Assembly (NCBI GenBank): GCA_964016885.1
Contig: OZ024740.1
Location: 93,806,001-93,870,000 of the forward strand
DNA: 64,000 bases
From: Eledone cirrhosa
Taxonomy: Eukaryota
Reading direction: 5' to 3'
Below the pieces are notes generated by a model. The model saw only the letters and a program-made list of their open reading frames with translations. It was not told the origin of the DNA and made no database searches. The position numbers and the translations under genes were made by a program. Positions 60,821 to 64,000 of this stretch are shown in pieces. Within the stretch, counting starts at the first letter, position 1; the number at the start of each line of letters is the position of its first letter.

Positions 60821-61846
60821 TATTGTTATACTTGTGGAGGGTCATATTTGTGTAATAATTGTTTCTACTTTTGGCACAAGACCAGCAATTATTCCAGTGC
60901 ATTACTGGTACTTTATTTTATCGACCCCGTAAGGATGAAAGGCAAAGTTAACCTCGGCGGAATTTGAACTCAGATCATAAAGGGAGGTAACTCTATGCTT
61001 CAAAGCATGGCGTCCGACCCTTACCGATACTGCCAATAATATTGCCAGAATTAATAACAGAACACACTCACTGTTTGGTTGGTTTTCGCTTCTGTGTCCT
61101 TTATATGGGTTAACTTAATTTATTCGGTCCTCAAAGTTACCATTGACTGAACAACGGTCAGAGATACAGATACAATATAGACACAAACACATATATATAG
61201 TCTAACAAAGTTCGTTCATTACACATCTGCAACATCGTCAGTGGTGCTATTATGTTTCCTCTCGTTGCATTGTATGCCTACGCCATCTTTATTTAGTCTG
61301 TTTATTTATTTGTCAATTTGTTTATTTTTTGTCTTGTCTGCGCATGCGTTTGCGTGTGTGTATAGTGTTTTGTTTGATGTGTGTTCGTGTTTGGTTGACC
61401 GTGTATTGGTTATTGTATTCTATCTTAGTTTACTAGTGTGTGTTTATATGTTTGTTGTTATTGTGCTTGTGTATGTATTTATTTATTTATTTATTTCTAC
61501 TTCTCTTAGGTCAGTTTTGTTTGTTTGGGTGTTGTTATTCCATTCATTTTTTCTGTTTAGTCTTGGCCTTCTAAGTTCTATTTCGCTGGCCTCTCTGATT
61601 TGACTATCTTCTTGGTCATTTCTATGTTTAGATATTTTTTTCTAATTTCTATGTTGTCTATGTTACCGTCGTGCTGTTATCTGGCATGTTCGTATAGGAC
61701 TGAGCCATTTTTGCGTCCTTTTAGTTCCCCCCAGTGTTGGTCTATTCTTTCACCTACGCCACGAGCTGTCTCGCCTATGAGTGCGTTCTGTTATTAATTC
61801 TGGCAATATTATTACACAAATATGACCCTCCCCAAGTATAACAATA
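60821..61846 (-). mobile_element. Second Nematis-like PLE family, 5'-truncated, inverted 5' end (61778-61846), HHR at 61205-61244
   Basis: IGETARGVGERIDQHW..SVLYEHA. Terminus ccaagtataacaata. HHR: CA-CTGACGA-TGTTGCAGATGTGTAAT-GAAC-GAAC-TT-TG. Confidence 0.82.
60860..61034 (-). mobile_element. tRNA-derived SINE nested in the PLE pLTR, with AATAAT target-site duplication
   Basis: The uninterrupted arm at 61778-61846 shows a single aataat at this position. Confidence 0.88.
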
Positions 61847-63180
61847 TTTATTTCGACACTCGATTTCATATCAAAAACCTCGCAAAACTAATTATCGCCG
61901 TTATATATAGATATATATATATAAAGAGATGGAGATAAAAATAGAGTTAAACTAAAAGATGGCAAGATAAATATTAATATGTGCGCATACCGTTAATGTT
62001 ACTGTGTGCCTCTAACACTTAATTTTTAATAAATTTATGAAAATATGTATATAGTAATATCACCTTCAAATTTTATTTTTCCTTTTCATTATTATTTTCC
62101 TCCCCTTTTTCACTCCCCCTTTCATTCAACATGTGTATTTCTCATTTATCATCCGCCACCATTCTGTATTTACTTGTACATAACTATCTCAGTTTCACTA
62201 ATGTATTTAATGTTGCATCTCTATTCACCCCTCTCTCTCAAATCATTATTTCGATGTATTCAGCCGCACTTTCTTTGTATTACTGTTTCTCACCATCATA
62301 TACATTCATATATATCGAACACATATTTTCTCTACCGCTCCCCCTCATAATATTTCTGCTTTCTCATATTATGACTTCATAACCTGAATGATTAATGTTT
62401 GGCCAGCCTGAAATGGAGAAAATACTTGTATTGCTATAGCACCTGCCCCTGGAAAAGATTTAATGAAATATTGAAAAATGTGTTATCTTCTTTTATTTTT
62501 ATTCTGATTTTATTTTTTAAATGTCTAGCATTTTACTTCTCCTCCATTCTCTATTTATCTTAATGAGTTAGCAAACAAAAAAATGACGTATGGCGTTGTT
62601 TACTGAATAACCCCTAGGCGAACACCAATGTATCTTTTCAGTGTGTTAATATGTAATGTGGAAATAAGTTCAATATTTAATTATACATACTGCACACATT
62701 ACTTATGAAAATGTTGTATGTGAAAAAGCAAATACATCTGGAATAAGAAATGAAACTGTAGTAAAAATAACGACAATTGTATTAACCTCAACGATTAAAA
62801 TAGTAATAGCAAATATAAATACATAAACGTCAATGAAGGCAACGTCAGCAACACCTGCAAAGAAAAATAATATGCTCGGCAGAATCATTTTTATCTTAAA
62901 TTCTACTTGTAAAAACTCTCACAAAATATATAATATTGATGGTAATTTTGTTAAGTGCAGCACTAGAATGAATGTTTTCGTAATTTTGTTACATTCTATT
63001 ATGATTTATACTAATAATTTTTTTACTGAATCAACCGACTCCCTTCTGAAACAACAGGTATAAAAAGTAATTTTGTTTCTTATGGTAAAATATCGTATTT
63101 CAAGACTAACTTTAATGTTTATATTCAAGGATTGGTAAGTGACAAATGTAAAAGGGGTTATTTAGTAAAATATAAATAGG

Positions 63181-63251
<71 letters not shown>

Positions 63252-63608
63252 AATTAATATCTAGTAACATATATATACATACAGATGCATATCAATGCTA
63301 GCAAATATATAGGTTTTGTCTTAGTAACATTGTGGTTCAATGCATGGGATTGCAGAACAATAATATGAGAGACGTAAAATAAGAAAATTATAAAATTAAC
63401 TTACTTACTAAAATATCACTTCCAACTAATTAGTTTCTGGAATGGAGTAAATATATTTTCAGATGAAGATAAATAGAAACATTCCGTCGTCAGGGAAGTC
63501 TATTCTCATCTAAGTTTCCAGGCAAAGCGAGGACTCTGGAAACTTATTAAAAAATAATTCAATGGATAGGAAATAGCAAAGCGTGGACTGAATTCCTAGC
63601 CATAACTG

Positions 63609-63640
<32 letters not shown>

Positions 63641-63775
63641 ACTGTAAATATATATACATCCAAAATCACCCCACATAGGCATACGCATATGGTACACGGA
63701 ACCAGACGGACATCCATTATTGTATACGTCGGGTCAGATCGATACAGATAGAGCCTTGAGCAGATCAAGAGCGAA

Positions 63776-64000
63776 ACGCGCGTCGCCAATCAATAAACGT
63801 AATGAAGGGTTAACAAATCGTTCATGTATAAGTATATTGTTATATCACATTCTGTCTAGCTCTACACATTGCCACTGACGTGAACCTAAGGTTCACGTCA
63901 GTGGCAATGTCTAGAGCTAGACAGAATGTTATATAACACTATAATAATACACGAAAGATTTGTTAACCCTTCATTACGTTTATCGATTGGCGACGAGCGT
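63776..64000. repeat. Palindrome centred at 63888, running off the right edge
   Basis: Centre: gccactgacgtgaacc-taa-ggttcacgtcagtggc. The arms diverge slightly outward. Confidence 0.93.

Overview
AT-rich, microsatellite-dense animal DNA with no recognisable host protein-coding gene. The tRNA-derived SINE and the RTE LINE 3' end look like those of Octopus (recognition only, not searched). Most short ORFs in the track are (TA)n/(CA)n artefacts. The window is dominated by Penelope-like retroelements (PLEs) of at least three clades: Naiad-like (1-1.7k, 27k, 36.5-39.3k, 46.4-51k, 52-55k), Neptune-like (13.2-18.3k) and Nematis-like (12k, 21-22k, 28k, 61k). Most are foldback insertions in (TA)n. RTE and R4/Dong LINE fragments and SINEs are also present. 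The main finding is about 30 type I hammerhead ribozyme (HHR) motifs read by eye. They include a non-coding ~416-453 nt repeat with one extended HHR per unit, in four tandem or inverted arrays (a retrozyme-like, putatively circRNA-producing family). They also include PLE HHRs with non-canonical cores (U3-A8 UUGAAAA; CCGAAGA) and HHRs with a 52-90 nt domain inserted in stem II. All folds were paired by eye; novelty and activity are untested.
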